DNA of 60,709 bases, filler included, from Basidiobolus ranarum (GCA_040143965.1; 17 parts of 17 records of this genome joined end to end with filler, not necessarily neighbours in it), one strand, 5' to 3'; positions 37,441 through 50,014 are shown, numbered from the whole stretch's first letter. Numbers and translations are program-made. Notes: a model not told the origin generated them from the sequence alone.

Positions 37441-38630
37441 TGTCAAAATTAGCTTTGCCTAAACAGCTGTATAGTCATATATAGCTTAGTACTTAGTTGT
37501 CTTATGATCCACTATATATTGTCCTTTATTCTCAATCAGAAATAACTTAGAATATTGACACCAACTTAGAAGTTTTCAGATATATAGATTTTTCAAACTT
37601 GTGCTAGAAGCCCCACACTTTGCACACATGCTCCTGGGACCTTCCTTAACACATTTTATATATTAGTTTGTTTATATCTTGACAAAACTATAAATGTCAA
37701 CTTTCTACGCAACAAATCAATAAGTTAAAAATGCCAATTCCTCTAATTCTCCAAACCACTTCCAACAGGCTCCCAAATACTTTGACAGGTTATGAGCCCT
37801 GAGCCTGCACTCTCTGTAATATCTACTTCTCAAAGACAAGGTGCCTTTAACTCAATTTGTCTAAACCTTAAAAACAAGCTGCTAATTTGATGTTCAAGAG
37901 CTAAAACTGGCAAGAAGGTATGGAAAGCTGTTGGAGGATCCTGACATAATGGGGTTAGACATTGTGTATTAGAAGCAACCTATGATAGTGTGTTTTAGTT
38001 AGTTTATTCTCATGAGTATATGGTGACTTATAGGGTAGAAAGGTAAATCAATTGTTTGAGATATTCAGGAATTTATGTAATAAGATATAATAGATAAGTG
38101 GGGGTAATAAGACATAATTGTTATATAGATATAGAAACATTCCTATTTAGAATATAGCGGCTATAGATACATTGCTTTCTGTTTCTGATATATGTATCAT
38201 AGCTAAAGTTAACTATGATGTTGAATAAAGATTAATTATCCAACAAAAGCCTTGGAAGACCCCTACCAAACAAGTTGTACTGCCAACAAGTCATCTCTAA
38301 GAAGACAATTCTTTAACTTAAAGATGAAGCCAAGAGAAGACAGTCAATCTCTAATTAATAGCATCACTATTTTTAGTGGATGAAATGGAATGCATTGGAG
38401 TACCTACCACTGATCAAGATGTCATAGTTAGAGTCCTGAACAGTCTGTTGCACAGGCTTCAGAACCTAGTAATAGCTCTAGTTTCTTGAACTGATAATTT
38501 GACCTTAAATTATGTATTTGGTAGACTTCTGGATCAAGATTCATGCAAGTTCAGATCCAACTAAAAGAATGAAGAAAATGCTTTCATAGGCTATGGGAAA
38601 CCTTCCTGCAAAGGTCAAAAGTACAGTAGT
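37441..38630 (+). mobile_element. Copia family A insertion: LTR 37441-37787, PBS GGTTATGAGCCCTGA, decayed gag
   Basis: TGTCAAAA...TTTGACA termini, PBS at 37788-37802, and leader sequence shared with 28428-28470. The right boundary is approximate. Confidence 0.82.
37929..38245 (-). mobile_element. LTR family B solo LTR with perfect TSD
   Basis: TGTTGGA...TCCAACA termini (317 bp), flanked by AAAGC on both sides. Confidence 0.93.
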
Positions 38631-38636
38631 ATATTA

Positions 38637-38841
38637 TGTTTCACCATGCAATATCTATATAAGCACCATGTATTCCTTGATCAGATCTCAGTCTGATCAA
38701 CACTAGTTATCAATAAAGATTCTTGCCAAAGTGTCTTCCCTGTCTAGTCTTGTCTTGCCTTGTGGTCTACACCCAAGTATTCTCCTGCCTTCTAGCCTCT
38801 TGTTGTTGTTTCCAGTCCTTGTTCAGTTCCTTATTGTGACA
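38637..38841 (+). mobile_element. Probable LTR family D (ends TGTGACA); a second partial copy lies at 53681-53752
   Basis: Contains TATATAA and AATAAA. A pyrimidine-rich 3' part ending CCxTATTGTGACA is shared with 53681-53752. The left boundary is uncertain. Confidence 0.55.
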
Positions 38842-39402
38842 GTTTGATCAGACTACTTACACTTGCCTGTAGACTTCTCTGCATTACTGTTCTCCAACCT
38901 CAAAACCCCCCAAGGTTGGCTTCACCCTTATTTCCCATCTTACCCAAGCTTCCCTGCTAAGGCAAAGGTACCTTCCACATTGGGATAATTGCTTTAAGTG
39001 CATGCTTGTCAAGACACAACTGGTTGAGTTTACAGTTGTTTTTGATCAAAGAAGCTTTAGTACTTCATCAAGATCAAAGTACTCTGACACCAGCATATTC
39101 TTTGTCAAGGTGCCAATCATTTTTTCAACAAAAAGTTGGACAATGCATTTTGATTTTCATTCCTAGAGAAACTTGTGGTTTTGAAAACTTCCCCCTCCCA
39201 ACATAATAAGTATTATGTCTACACCAGCCCCCACAATGGAAGATAACATGTGAGCTCTTACTCAGCTTCAGCGAGAAAATTACAAACTTTGTACTTCTCT
39301 TGNNNNNNNNNNNNNNNNNNNNNNNNNNNNNNNNNNNNNNNNNNNNTTAATTAATTAANNNNNNNNNNNNNNNNNNNNNNNNNNNNNNNNNNNNNNNNNN
39401 NN

Positions 39403-40164
39403 CAATGAATGCAATCACGAAACCAGTAATGAAAGTTGAGAGAGACATGATACACATGCCAACTTTATCAGACATGCCATCAAAGATCAATTGAGTGTCA
39501 GCATTGAGACGAGAGTTGAGAGACTCTGACTTTTTGCCTATATCGTGCCATGCAATATCTTGGCGCATGATTGCGTGTAGATATTTCTCACGAATACGCT
39601 TAGTTTGATTCTCAGCAGACAATGTGAAGAAACACATTTGGCCATACGCGGCGACAAACATACAGGCACCAATGATAGTGAACTTGATGACAATGTCGCG
39701 CAAAGCAGCGACTTGATCTTTGATTGTGTCAGGATTAACGGGTCCAGTAAGGCTCTGAATTACATCACCCATCAATTGAGCAACCAAGGGCTGACCCACA
39801 CCGCATGCAACAGCACAAATTGTACCTAGACTAATGTAAAAAGTATTCATAATACGATTAGTATGTCTTTCAGGTGATATTGTCCGAGCCACAACATTAA
39901 TACAGGAAATGATACTTACATAATACAGGTGATATCCCATGAATTGGCAAAACGGTAGAGTTTGAAGTAGCTAACTTTGGGGCCAAGTTCTTCATCCTTA
40001 TTTTTCTTCTTGTTACCTTTCTTACTTTTCTTCTTTTTCTCTTCTACTGCATCAGAGTTGTCAATGCTGATGATACGATCAGCTTTTTCGTTGTTTACGG
40101 CAACATCAACAGGATCCACATTTTTGTCGATGGATATGGACGTGAGGGCTTCTTCCTTAGACAT
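39403..40164 (-). CDS. ABCB1/MDR (P-glycoprotein-like) ABC transporter, 5' part (intron 39831-39919)
   Basis: Motifs VSYFKLYRFAN..D, GTICAVACGVGQPL, AENQTKRIREKYLHAIMRQDIAWHD, RLNADTQLIFDGMSDKVG and FITGFVIAF. Confidence 0.93.
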
Positions 40165-40559
40165 ATCAAGCGTAGGAATGTGTAGAGAGCAGAATCAAAA
40201 TCGAAATATGAATTAAGTACAAATGAAATTGAGTTGTGGAGTATTACAGTGATAAACTGGAGGAGAGAGGGTCGAAATGCTTGCCTTTATAGTTGTATTC
40301 CAAGGCTGGAACAACATGCGAAAACTCAACATATGGTATGAAAAAAGGAATTAACTGTAACCCAGAAAGGAAATTTCAACCTAAGTAAGCTCTAAACAGT
40401 AAAGATAAGGATTAGTGTTTGGTTTGTTTTCTTTGAAAACTGCCAATCTAGGATATCCGCAATGGAATATCGTAAAATCATCAAAATCCTGGCAATACTG
40501 TGTGACCTGTGTTCCAGAATTTGATATTGTTAATTATATATATTATGTGCTTTATTAAT

Positions 40560-40961
40560 GCGGATTATCGGCCACTCCATACTTTTATTTAGCTTGTATT
40601 CTAACTAATATAAAAGACATTTTGGGTATTTACCACAGTTGCGGATTAACGGCTATGTTCATGTATAAGAATGATGGACTAATTTCTTACCCAAAGCGTG
40701 TTTACCATATTCGATGATAAGCGGATTATCGGCCACTACCTTTTAGGGCATTGCACTCGAGCTTAATGGTATTTATCAACAACAGCGGATTAACGGCCAC
40801 TTCAATTTAGTTAGCTATTTTCATTTTAAAGAGGTAGTTACCCAGGAGGTATTTACCGATCAATCGCGAAGGCGGATTTTCGGCCGCCTTGATTTAATAT
40901 ACATAGTTGCTTATAAATGGTATAAATACTGATGTTGAATTCTAACGGATCATCGGCCACT
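40560..40961. promoter_or_regulatory. Cluster of six GCGGATT(A/T)(T/A)CGGCCACT-like elements upstream of the MDR gene
   Basis: Copies at 40560, 40641, 40721, 40785, 40872 and 40945, separated by largely unrelated spacers. The gene's TATAAAG is at 40285-40291 (minus strand). Confidence 0.75.
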
Positions 40962-42325
40962 TCTGATATCACTTCTATTATAAACAACATAAATGCTTAA
41001 TGAAAATCTAAATAAGTTTAACGTCTGAGCAGCAATCTAGATGAGCCACTCTATCATATTGCCGATTTTAAATACCGTTTTCGTTCAAGTAGTGTATATC
41101 ATGTTTGTCAAATGCACTTGGAGTCAATGAGCCTATTGGTCTTCGTTTGAGGGATAATAGGAAACGGATTGCAACCAAGAAGCTCGAATCAAGTAGGTTT
41201 CTTGTAGAATCCAAAATATTCAAACCCTGGTACTCAATCACATACCATCAGAAAATATGATTGCCTAAACACAACCAAAGCTGGAAATAAGTGAAGTAGG
41301 AATCAAAATGATCCCAATGTGGAAGTTGAGAGAATAGTTACTAAATCGATACATGCATAGAGGGTGGTTTACGAATCCGTAAGAGCCACTCAGCCTATGA
41401 TAATATACAAATCTCGGCTGATTTACAAGTACAAGTATAAACTTTACTCGAGCTCATACCAACAGTAATTGTCACTGATTTTAGTTCAAATGAGAGTTAG
41501 GATTACATAGCCATCTGTCGAGATTGGTGAGGCTATATCCATCCAACAGTATCGTCCTTATTGTTAGGATAAGTAGGCGCATTAACAGTAGTATTTGTCT
41601 CAGTCATGAATTACTAGTGCATCTGAGGGAAGTTGTACTATTCTGAATGATTATAGATATATGGTGTTCGAGGAGTTCAGTAGTTAATATTTGCACCAAT
41701 TAGAATACGTATTTCAGTAGATATGACGAATTTAGACTGGTACTAGGATATTAAAATAAACCACTCACATTCCGTGCTTAACATAATTATAAGTTCAAAT
41801 CATAAAATAGATTTCAGAAATCTTTTGGACTTATCCAAAATTCTACTAGTGCCATCTTCAATACAGGTAGGTGCTCTGATTTTAATGAATAAAACAGTAA
41901 TGACTAATTTATTCTTGTTATTCGACACACAACCAATCTATCTAGATATTAACCATATTCTTCAGAGAACATCGATGAATGATTCGTGTTAAATATCTAC
42001 ATATTCCTGTATCTTGTTTTTGATATTAAACACTCATTTATTGATTGTTGATCCAGGTAAAAAACTACTCGGGGTATATCACAAAGATGTTCACAGAGAT
42101 CATTTCAATGCATTGAAAACTCTTTAAGGCCCTCCTCCACAATTATAATCCTAATAGCACAATTGTATTGATTTGTTTTATTTCCAACATGAGTATTTCT
42201 TTCAATGCTACTAATAATTTGCAACCATTAACCAACTAACACCTTGCACATTAGTTCCTGATATCATTACTTTAACTGGTTGCTAAACTATGCCAACATT
42301 TATACAATTCCTCCATTAAAGTTTG

Positions 42326-42636
42326 TCTTGAAATTAACATAGCCTAAACATCTATATAGTCGTATATGGCTTGGTATTTAGTTAGTCTATATTTGGCTAT
42401 GATGTAACTCACTAATATCAAGAGAAGTTTACTTAGAAGTTTGAAGATATATAAATTTTGAAGACTTGCCATAGAGGCCCCGAACTTGTTTGGGACCTTC
42501 CTTGACATATTCTAAGTGCTTTCTTGCTTACCCAACTATAAATGTCAACTTTCTACTCAATAAATCATCAATTGAAGACCATCAATTCTTACTAGTTCAC
42601 CAAACCACTTCCAATAACTCCCAAAATGCTTCAACA
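42326..42636 (+). mobile_element. Diverged LTR family A copy
   Basis: Shares GCCTAAACAxCTATATAGTC, TGGGACCTTCCTT and AATGTCAACTTTCTACTCAATAAATCA; ends TCAACA. Confidence 0.75.
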
Positions 42637-42767
42637 AGAATACGGTCTTTGTCAAAGATATTTCAAGACAGAGAAATTGTAAGTCTTCCAGATAACCATT
42701 AGGAAAATTGAATTATATTCTTTATACCTTTGAAGGCAATATAGCAGCTATTAAAGTATTGTGGAAG

Positions 42768-42876
42768 TGTTGGATAATTAATCTTTATTCAACATCATAG
42801 TTAACTTTAGTTATGATACATATATCAGAAACAGAAAGCAACGTATCTATAGCCCCTATATTCTAAATAGGAATAT
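42768..42876 (+). mobile_element. LTR family B, partial
   Basis: TGTTGGATAATTAATCTTTATTCAACATCATAG.. is the reverse complement of the end of 37929-38245. Confidence 0.88.
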
Positions 42877-43327
42877 NNNNNNNNNNNNNNNNNNNNNNNN
42901 NNNNNNNNNNNNNNNNNNNNTTAATTAATTAANNNNNNNNNNNNNNNNNNNNNNNNNNNNNNNNNNNNNNNNNNNNTAGTATTATCGGAAGCAGCAACGC
43001 GCTCTTGACTGTTCGTACCACAATGGTAATATTAATATTCTGACATGGAGACGATTTCTAAGTGTATGCTAGTATGCTAGGCGTTAATAAAATAAGTGTA
43101 TACCGGGTGTTAATAAAACTTTATCTTTGTCACTGAATATTTCAGTCATGCATTGGATTCCTTATTCATTTCCTAATTTATTTGGAACGAATCCATGTAC
43201 GAGGTAAAGGGGACAAAGTAAAGGTTACTGGTAAATTCCCAACATCTCCAAATTCATATAAATATCTTGTCTTGGCTAGCATCTGGTAATCAACTCAGTA
43301 GTTCCATCTTGCTTTACTAACGTATCT

Positions 43328-44229
43328 ATGGAGACCAATACCAACCCGATGCCTACCTATTCCACTGACCCTATGCTCACTCGTATGACTCCATCCTCAA
43401 TTATGAGCTTGACAGATGGAAATCGTTACCAGTCTACTCTTCCTTTCGCCCCATTACCTAGCATACAGCCACCATCACCTGGTGCTTCTCCACAAATGTC
43501 TTACTTCTACTATGATAGTGTGCAAGACTCCCCTTCACTCTCCTCCTGCTCAAGCACTAATAATTCGCCAGCGAGCAAACCCATAAAGCCTCTTATAAGT
43601 CCAAGTCTGCGGCAGCTACTTCCGGAGGGTATGCTGAGTAGTTTGATATAGGAATGATAAGTTCTAACCACGTCATTTTTAATAACCAGGCGCCCTTAGA
43701 GCTGATCAAGCGGCAATGAGACTGGCTTCCAAGAGTAACTACCAAAACATCCTAGATGGTGATTCCGAGTAGGTGCTATCCATACGTTTGATCAATAGTT
43801 TCAGAGAATCTCATATTTCTATTAGAGTCATTGGATTGAAATACAAGGTTGACATACAGTCAGGAATGGAAGTTCGTCGAACAAGTCATAAAACTGCTGA
43901 GCAGAAAAGGCGAGATTTACTAAAGCAATGTTTCGAAGATCTCAAATCCGTAACGCCAAATTTGAATGAAAAGAATATCAGTAAAGAATACATCCTAAAG
44001 AAATGTATTGGTGCCCATTCTAAAAGTGGAACATGTTCGTAGATTAAACTCTTTTCCATTTTTAGGTCACACTCATATTCTATCATTGCGCAATCGGATT
44101 CGCAATAAGGATGACTACATAACAGCGTTGAAATCTCAGTTAGCCCGTAGGGGGATAACACCCATGGAATACCCTGAAAGCGAGAGATCAATAGTTTCGT
44201 TTGAGTTGGAGGATCCTGCCTTGGTATGA
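43328..44229 (+). CDS. bHLH transcription factor (Max/Mlx-like basic region), 4 exons
   Basis: RRTSHKTAEQKRRDLLKQCFEDLKSVTP..SKEYILKK|..HILSL with an S/P-rich N-terminus and GT-AG introns. Confidence 0.88.
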
Positions 44230-44483
44230 ATTGATGATGATGACTTTGCTTCAATGTACAAATTGCTCCTTTTCTACTCGACTCGTATGATAAACGTAAA
44301 CATGGCCGCGTAAATATGCGCATCCAAGAGAACATGTATCCCATCTTGGATAAGCCTTTTCATAAGTAAATACATTGATATTGGTTTTGTTACTTTCTTT
44401 AATTGGTCGTTTGTTGTTTCGTGTCACAAATACTGGTTCATCTCAAATTCCACGTGTTTCAATGGGATAAAGTAATAGGTAGA

Positions 44484-44575
44484 AGGGAAGGAATATAGGG
44501 TTATTGATTAGGGAAGGAATATAGGGTTATTGATTAGGGAAGGAATATAGGGTTATTGATTAGGGAAGGAATATA
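44484..44575 (+). repeat. Minisatellite, 26-bp unit AGGGAAGGAATATAGGGTTATTGATT x3.5
   Basis: Perfect tandem copies start at 44484, 44510, 44536 and 44562 (last one partial). Confidence 0.95.
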
Positions 44576-45081
44576 CATCAAGCAATGTAGCATGTAGTGA
44601 GGGCTCATGTTAGAAGGGTGAGGTGTGTGGGATTGCGGGATTGCACAATTGTCAGCCTAGGTCGTGGGTCGAGAAGATATACTCATTGGTTGAACTCAAG
44701 GAATCTTGTCAGTCAGTAACTCTAAGAATATCTCCCTAATTAGGTCAGCATGCGCCGTCCAGCAAATCATTGACCGTAAATCGGCCATGATCAGTTGTGG
44801 TAATATCATCTTGTGATCACCAGATATGGGTATCTCCAAAGTATAATAGCATACATACAAATAGTAGTAGCATAGTAAGGATTGATAGCGCTTTCTCCCG
44901 CCTAATCTGATGTACAAGTCATTTTACCTTCCTTTTCCAATCTGACTTATTACTTAGCACATTGCTTACCTATTCACGAACCAACTAAGCTAAAAAAAAT
45001 CAATTATAATAGAAGGGATGTATTTGATTTTATTGAGTTTTACAAAGTATGCGAATTGATGCCAAGTTAAACAGTCAACCA

Positions 45082-45507
45082 TCATCCGCTCAGAATTCTA
45101 ACCGCTCCGACAGTAACGAACTTCCCTTGTTGAGCAATGTGAACTTCTCCTCTGTTGGAGGAGATTAAAGCAATTTGATTTCTTCGTCGAGTGCAGTCTT
45201 GCAAAGAACGATACAATACCGCTTGCGCAGACTTACTCGGGGGTTCGGGTGTAACACTGGCTGTATCCACTGGTCCAAAGGTTACTCGCTGACACGAGTT
45301 AGCCGGAAAAGATAGTTGTTGAGCGGTATCTTCGGGTGTATTCTCCAGCTCTATAATTTAGTAAGAAAGCATGTGGGTTTTGAGTTGACCTATTGATAAA
45401 CAGAGCAGTTACTACTTACTCAATAAAGCGCTGTTCCCTTGAGCATAGACCAATCCAAAAGTGACCATAGCCATAGAGAACATGGAAATGAAAGAGATTG
45501 ACTTCAT
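45082..45507 (-). CDS. Small secreted protein (~118 aa, 2 Cys), 2 exons
   Basis: Signal peptide MKSISFISMFSMAMVTFGLVYA, intron GTAAGT..ATAG (~45351-45419), then KLENTPEDTAQQLSFPANSCQRVTFGPVDTASV..AVLYRSLQDC..ILSG*. A TATAAAA lies near 45600. Confidence 0.75.
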
Positions 45508-46546
45508 GGTATTTCGTGAGTGGAAAGTAGATAGATGGAAGGTGAATGGATGCTACTGTTTTTGAAAGATGTATATTTCTAGGTAAGCTGGTTACAGTTT
45601 TATAGTTGGTTAGGTGGTCTCATCAATTCGGCTGATGCTATTGCATATGAGGGCTTGGCTGAAGAGTTTCGCTAGGCTAAGTATCGCATAATAGATTATT
45701 TACAAATATAGTTAGTGATGAAAATCGTTTACAAATAGTTAGGGATGTAGATTCACTGTGTATTTTACTACATGAAATTATATACCTGACTAGATCTGCA
45801 TCTTAAGGCCTGAAGTTGGAATATCATGACTGGAAGACTGTTGAGTGAACTAGCAACATGGACTTCATATCGGTTGAAACCAGCAGTAAGAACAAAGGTA
45901 CTACTGGGCTTGAACAGCAGAACTTATGTTTTACTTGGCCAGGATATGCAACATTAGTACCACATAAATGGTAACGAACACTGTTTTTATATAGTACCTT
46001 ATCTAGGTTAGTCAGCCACAAAGAAGTCCATTGCTAACCCCAAATCAACGCCTACTCCATAACTTCAAATTCCATTTCATAAAGTCCAGCTTCTTGTGTC
46101 ATTGATATACCTGGTAGTTCAATGGTTCTATTACAGAAGCTATTAGGACCTAAGTTGATAGTTGTAAGGTTAAGTCCCTTGAATACTACGGACATTGTGA
46201 GAATATCGAGTAATATGGAAAGTGTTCAAACTTGATTTAACATTACCAATCAAATTTAAATTAAAACAAGTAACAATTCAAACTGCAACAACCAACACAG
46301 TGGAGTTCTGTAATTCATGTGGCACAAATGTCGCCAAGTGAGCACCACAAAATATTGCCAATAGTTACAAGGACAATAACAAGAATATCAGCCAATTACT
46401 TCATCAGCACTTTCATTATGAATTGCTTGCACTAGTTCAATGATGCNNNNNNNNNNNNNNNNNNNNNNNNNNNNNNNNNNNNNNNNNNNNTTAATTAATT
46501 AANNNNNNNNNNNNNNNNNNNNNNNNNNNNNNNNNNNNNNNNNNNN

Positions 46547-49500
46547 TGCAAGAGAGCCTTCCTGGAGTTGTTGCATTGTGACAGGATTTATTGAACATTG
46601 GATCAAAAAATTAGAGTAAATGAGATTGAATTAGATCATGCTAGAGGGTGCTGTATAGTGTCCAATTGAGCAATATGAATCTTAGAATACTTTATCCAAC
46701 ATCATATATAGAGCATACTCTGGCACTATCACAGGGAATAAGTGTACAGATAAAGATATGTGAAGCCTTTCTTTTAGCCATGGCATAATATACACAACTA
46801 GTGATACTTCCACATGTTGTAGCACCTCTAATGCCAGCAAGTCAGAGTTATTTGGGTCAACATTATATAAATGTCTGCACAATTTGAGGACCTGTTTTTG
46901 AGTGTCAGTGATAGTAAAAAGCAGCAATTTGTCAAGTGTAATGTTGTTCAACATTTTAGTTGGTCAGCAATTTTCCCACCATTAGTCTGTTACTAAGGCA
47001 AATCTATATTGCAGAAATGTGTCTGATTAGGCAAATATGTGAATGTTTAGAAAGTAAACACAATGAGTTGATAATTCTTTTGTGCTCACAATGTGGCTGG
47101 AACACATGGCTTAAAGTGCTTAAATTGAGATATGCAAGTTTATTGGAATATATATAGTGGTGATCCAGTCAGATTTCTTAAATAGCTAAGAGTTGTTGAG
47201 GACGGAGCAAGCTAGTATTAAATTCATTAAAACTGGACTGATGTGTATTTAAGAAGACTATGGTTTATTGTTAATTGAATTTATAGTTCAGATGGGTAAT
47301 GACAAATCTACTGTTTACCAATATATCTGCTATGTTGGGATCTAGCTGTTTGGTAGTTGGATTGCAGAGTCATTGACTTAAACATCTTGGGGTAGCACAG
47401 CAATTAGCTGTTACATATTGGGATGGCAGTAAATTTGCTCAAGCAAAATTTTAGGATGGAAGTAAGGTGCTCATTGGACCTTTGATGACATAAAAATATA
47501 GTATTCACCATTAATCACCTACGACTGTAAACTAATACTGATTGTACTATCCCAAATAAAAGCAGGTAAAAAATTATGAAATACGCCAAATCAAAGATAT
47601 GATTAGGTGCGAAATCTCCAAACTGTTTAAGCAGAAGATAATAGCTGAGCAGATCTAGCTACTGTGAGCTTGAGAATAGTAGCAATTTACTCTAGTAATG
47701 GTAGTAGGCAGGTTTCCTAGGCAGCTAGACTTGGTGTTCCACTATGCTCCTGGAGACTGGGCTTTGAAAGAAACATGAGTGGGATATGGGAGTTGTTGTG
47801 ACATACACTGAGCTTAAAGGTTCAGTTAGTTTTATTTATACTTTTTTTTTGGCAAGGAGAATTAGCCAGCACCAAGATATTGTATAGGCAATTCCATTAA
47901 AAGCAAGCATGCTTAAATAAATTTTTAGATAAACAACAGAGTCATGCATCTGTTTTGTCTTAGCAGTCAGAACCATTGGTTTTAATTTTTGTGAATCAAA
48001 TAGTGTTGCATCTTGGCAGAGGACTCCACACCTAATATCCATCAGAGACAAACCATGTGATAGGTTAAATGATGTGCCAAAAGGAATATAAGGTTAAGGA
48101 TATAGTTATGTAATAAAGTTGGGTGAACTATTAGCTATAATGATTATTAAATAGATATCTATGTAAGTTCATTAGAGATATTGAATGCTTGGGAACTTTC
48201 AGCATTGATGCACAACACCAATTGATTTCTAGATAATTGCTAATTGGTATTACTAACATTACTGATTGGTGTTGCTAATATTACTGGTCTGGGAATAATA
48301 CTGAGGTACTTGTAATATTGAATTTGCCTAACTCAACAACTAACCAAAATGCCAGCCAATAGGGTGTTTTTGGAATATTTTCATGTTATAAAATTGCAAT
48401 GCCAACATAAAGAACCATACTTTGACATGACCAAATATCATTGGACAAAATTTATGATAGACATATTGTTTGCTGTTAAATTTGTCTTAAACCAGCTGGT
48501 AATTTTTGGATGGTTCTCTGATAGGATTGCCACCAGAGAGAGTAGATTTAACCAGGATTGAATCAAATTTATTTTTTTTAAGGTTACCTCTGGCCTTTTT
48601 GGGTATTTGTTGGTAAGCTTTGTATCCAATGCTCCCAAATGAGAAACAGAAAGATTTAAACCAAACCATTTATACAGGGGGTCATTCTAAGTGCCTCTTT
48701 GGCAGGGCCTGTGTTTGTCTAGTAGAAAGCTATAGAAAGATCTTGCATCCAAATTCAAGGCCTAGTATTGATGATGCAGTATATCCCTGTGAGCTTTTAT
48801 TTGATGACATTTTGCTATTCAGAGACTCCACCTTGCTGTCAGGTGTAAGGGAAAGCAGATTCTTGCCTAATTTTGTAGTAGGTAATTTTTTATCAAATCC
48901 CATTAATACGTGTTCTCCTGCATTGTCTGTTCAGGGATTCTTAGTTCTTTTTGCTGTTTCATTCAGTATTGGAGTTTAAAATTCCAACAACACTACTAGA
49001 CAGAGGCCATTGTTGACTGGTCATCAGTGAGTTGAATTAATGCTCTTGCTAGACCAAATGCAATGGTGTTGATGGTTCCATAGATATAATGTCAAATGAG
49101 TGTATTCATTTCTCTAGCTCTTGTAGCCCCATCTCTAAGAAAATATCTCCTATTTTGTTCTCCACATAAGCTGCCTAGACCAAATTTATTAATGAAAGAA
49201 TCTCTTAGATCAAGTCCTATGCCTATTTTCTGCTTTTGGAGTGCCTTCAAGCTCAGTTGCCAAAGTTACTCTAAACAATGGTGACACAATGGTAATTGGT
49301 ACAGCTTGTCTATGGCTAAGTTGACATATTCAGAGTTGGTTACTCTGGGATCTATCTAGTAGAGATATCAGTCCCTAGTTCCTTAAGCAAGTACTATGTA
49401 GTACTCTGTATTCTTCATGATATAGCATCCCCCAACAGAGAGAGCATTTGACATACATGAAGTATAACTTAACTGACATAAAACATTTTCTCCAACATTC

Positions 49501-49903
49501 CAGGAGCATATAGGATATTGGTCAAAGAACAATACAACAATTTTCCATTAATATCAGCATCCATGTACAGTGTTTCCTACGTCTACTGTGTGAGCAGCTT
49601 GATTATCACCCAAGCAGACTCTCTTGACTGCTAAGTATTTTTATGGAGTTTAGGCTACAATAATAACTGCATTATTGAAAGGCCTGCCACAAGTTTAAGT
49701 GCTTGTGCTTGAATTTAGTACCACATAGCTAAAGCCAAATAGTGCATATGTCAATCTATCTCACCAATAAGCCTGTCTTGCAGCTGTCCCAGAAATGCAA
49801 TCAGCAATGAAAGTATACATGAGCAAGTTAAGAAGAGTGCTGTGCTGGATAATAATACCGTCTGGCATCTCATTAACCCATTGCATTACTTCCATTACTG
49901 ACT
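46547..49903. repeat. Strongly CpG-depleted, decayed repeat-like DNA (family unassigned)
   Basis: CG dinucleotides are nearly absent and ORFs are short and broken, as in the neighbouring TE contigs. No diagnostic motif was recognised. Confidence 0.45.
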
Positions 49904-50014
49904 CCCTAACAGAAATTTGAGGATTGTTATCGTAGGAAAACCGTCACAATTTTAATCCATTTGGGATTGACCGTTTACTTACCATCATAAAATCGTCAAG
50001 TTAGATTTGATTTT
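49904..50014 (+). mobile_element. Terminus of a dispersed element starting CCCTAACAGAAA (other copies at 53378-53580 and from 54560)
   Basis: Three copies share the same sharp left boundary after a T, in unrelated flanks. One interrupts a copia element. Confidence 0.75.

Noticed and set aside
39000-39302. Possible Pif1/Helitron helicase fragment (VRVL..DEV on the minus strand)
   Set aside because: It needs a frameshift and I found no convincing Walker A motif; too weak to call.
40560-40961. CRISPR-like array (short repeats with unique spacers)
   Set aside because: Repeats are only ~17 bp and degenerate, spacer lengths are irregular (47-70 bp), the context is a eukaryotic promoter and there are no cas genes. 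Better explained as TF binding sites.
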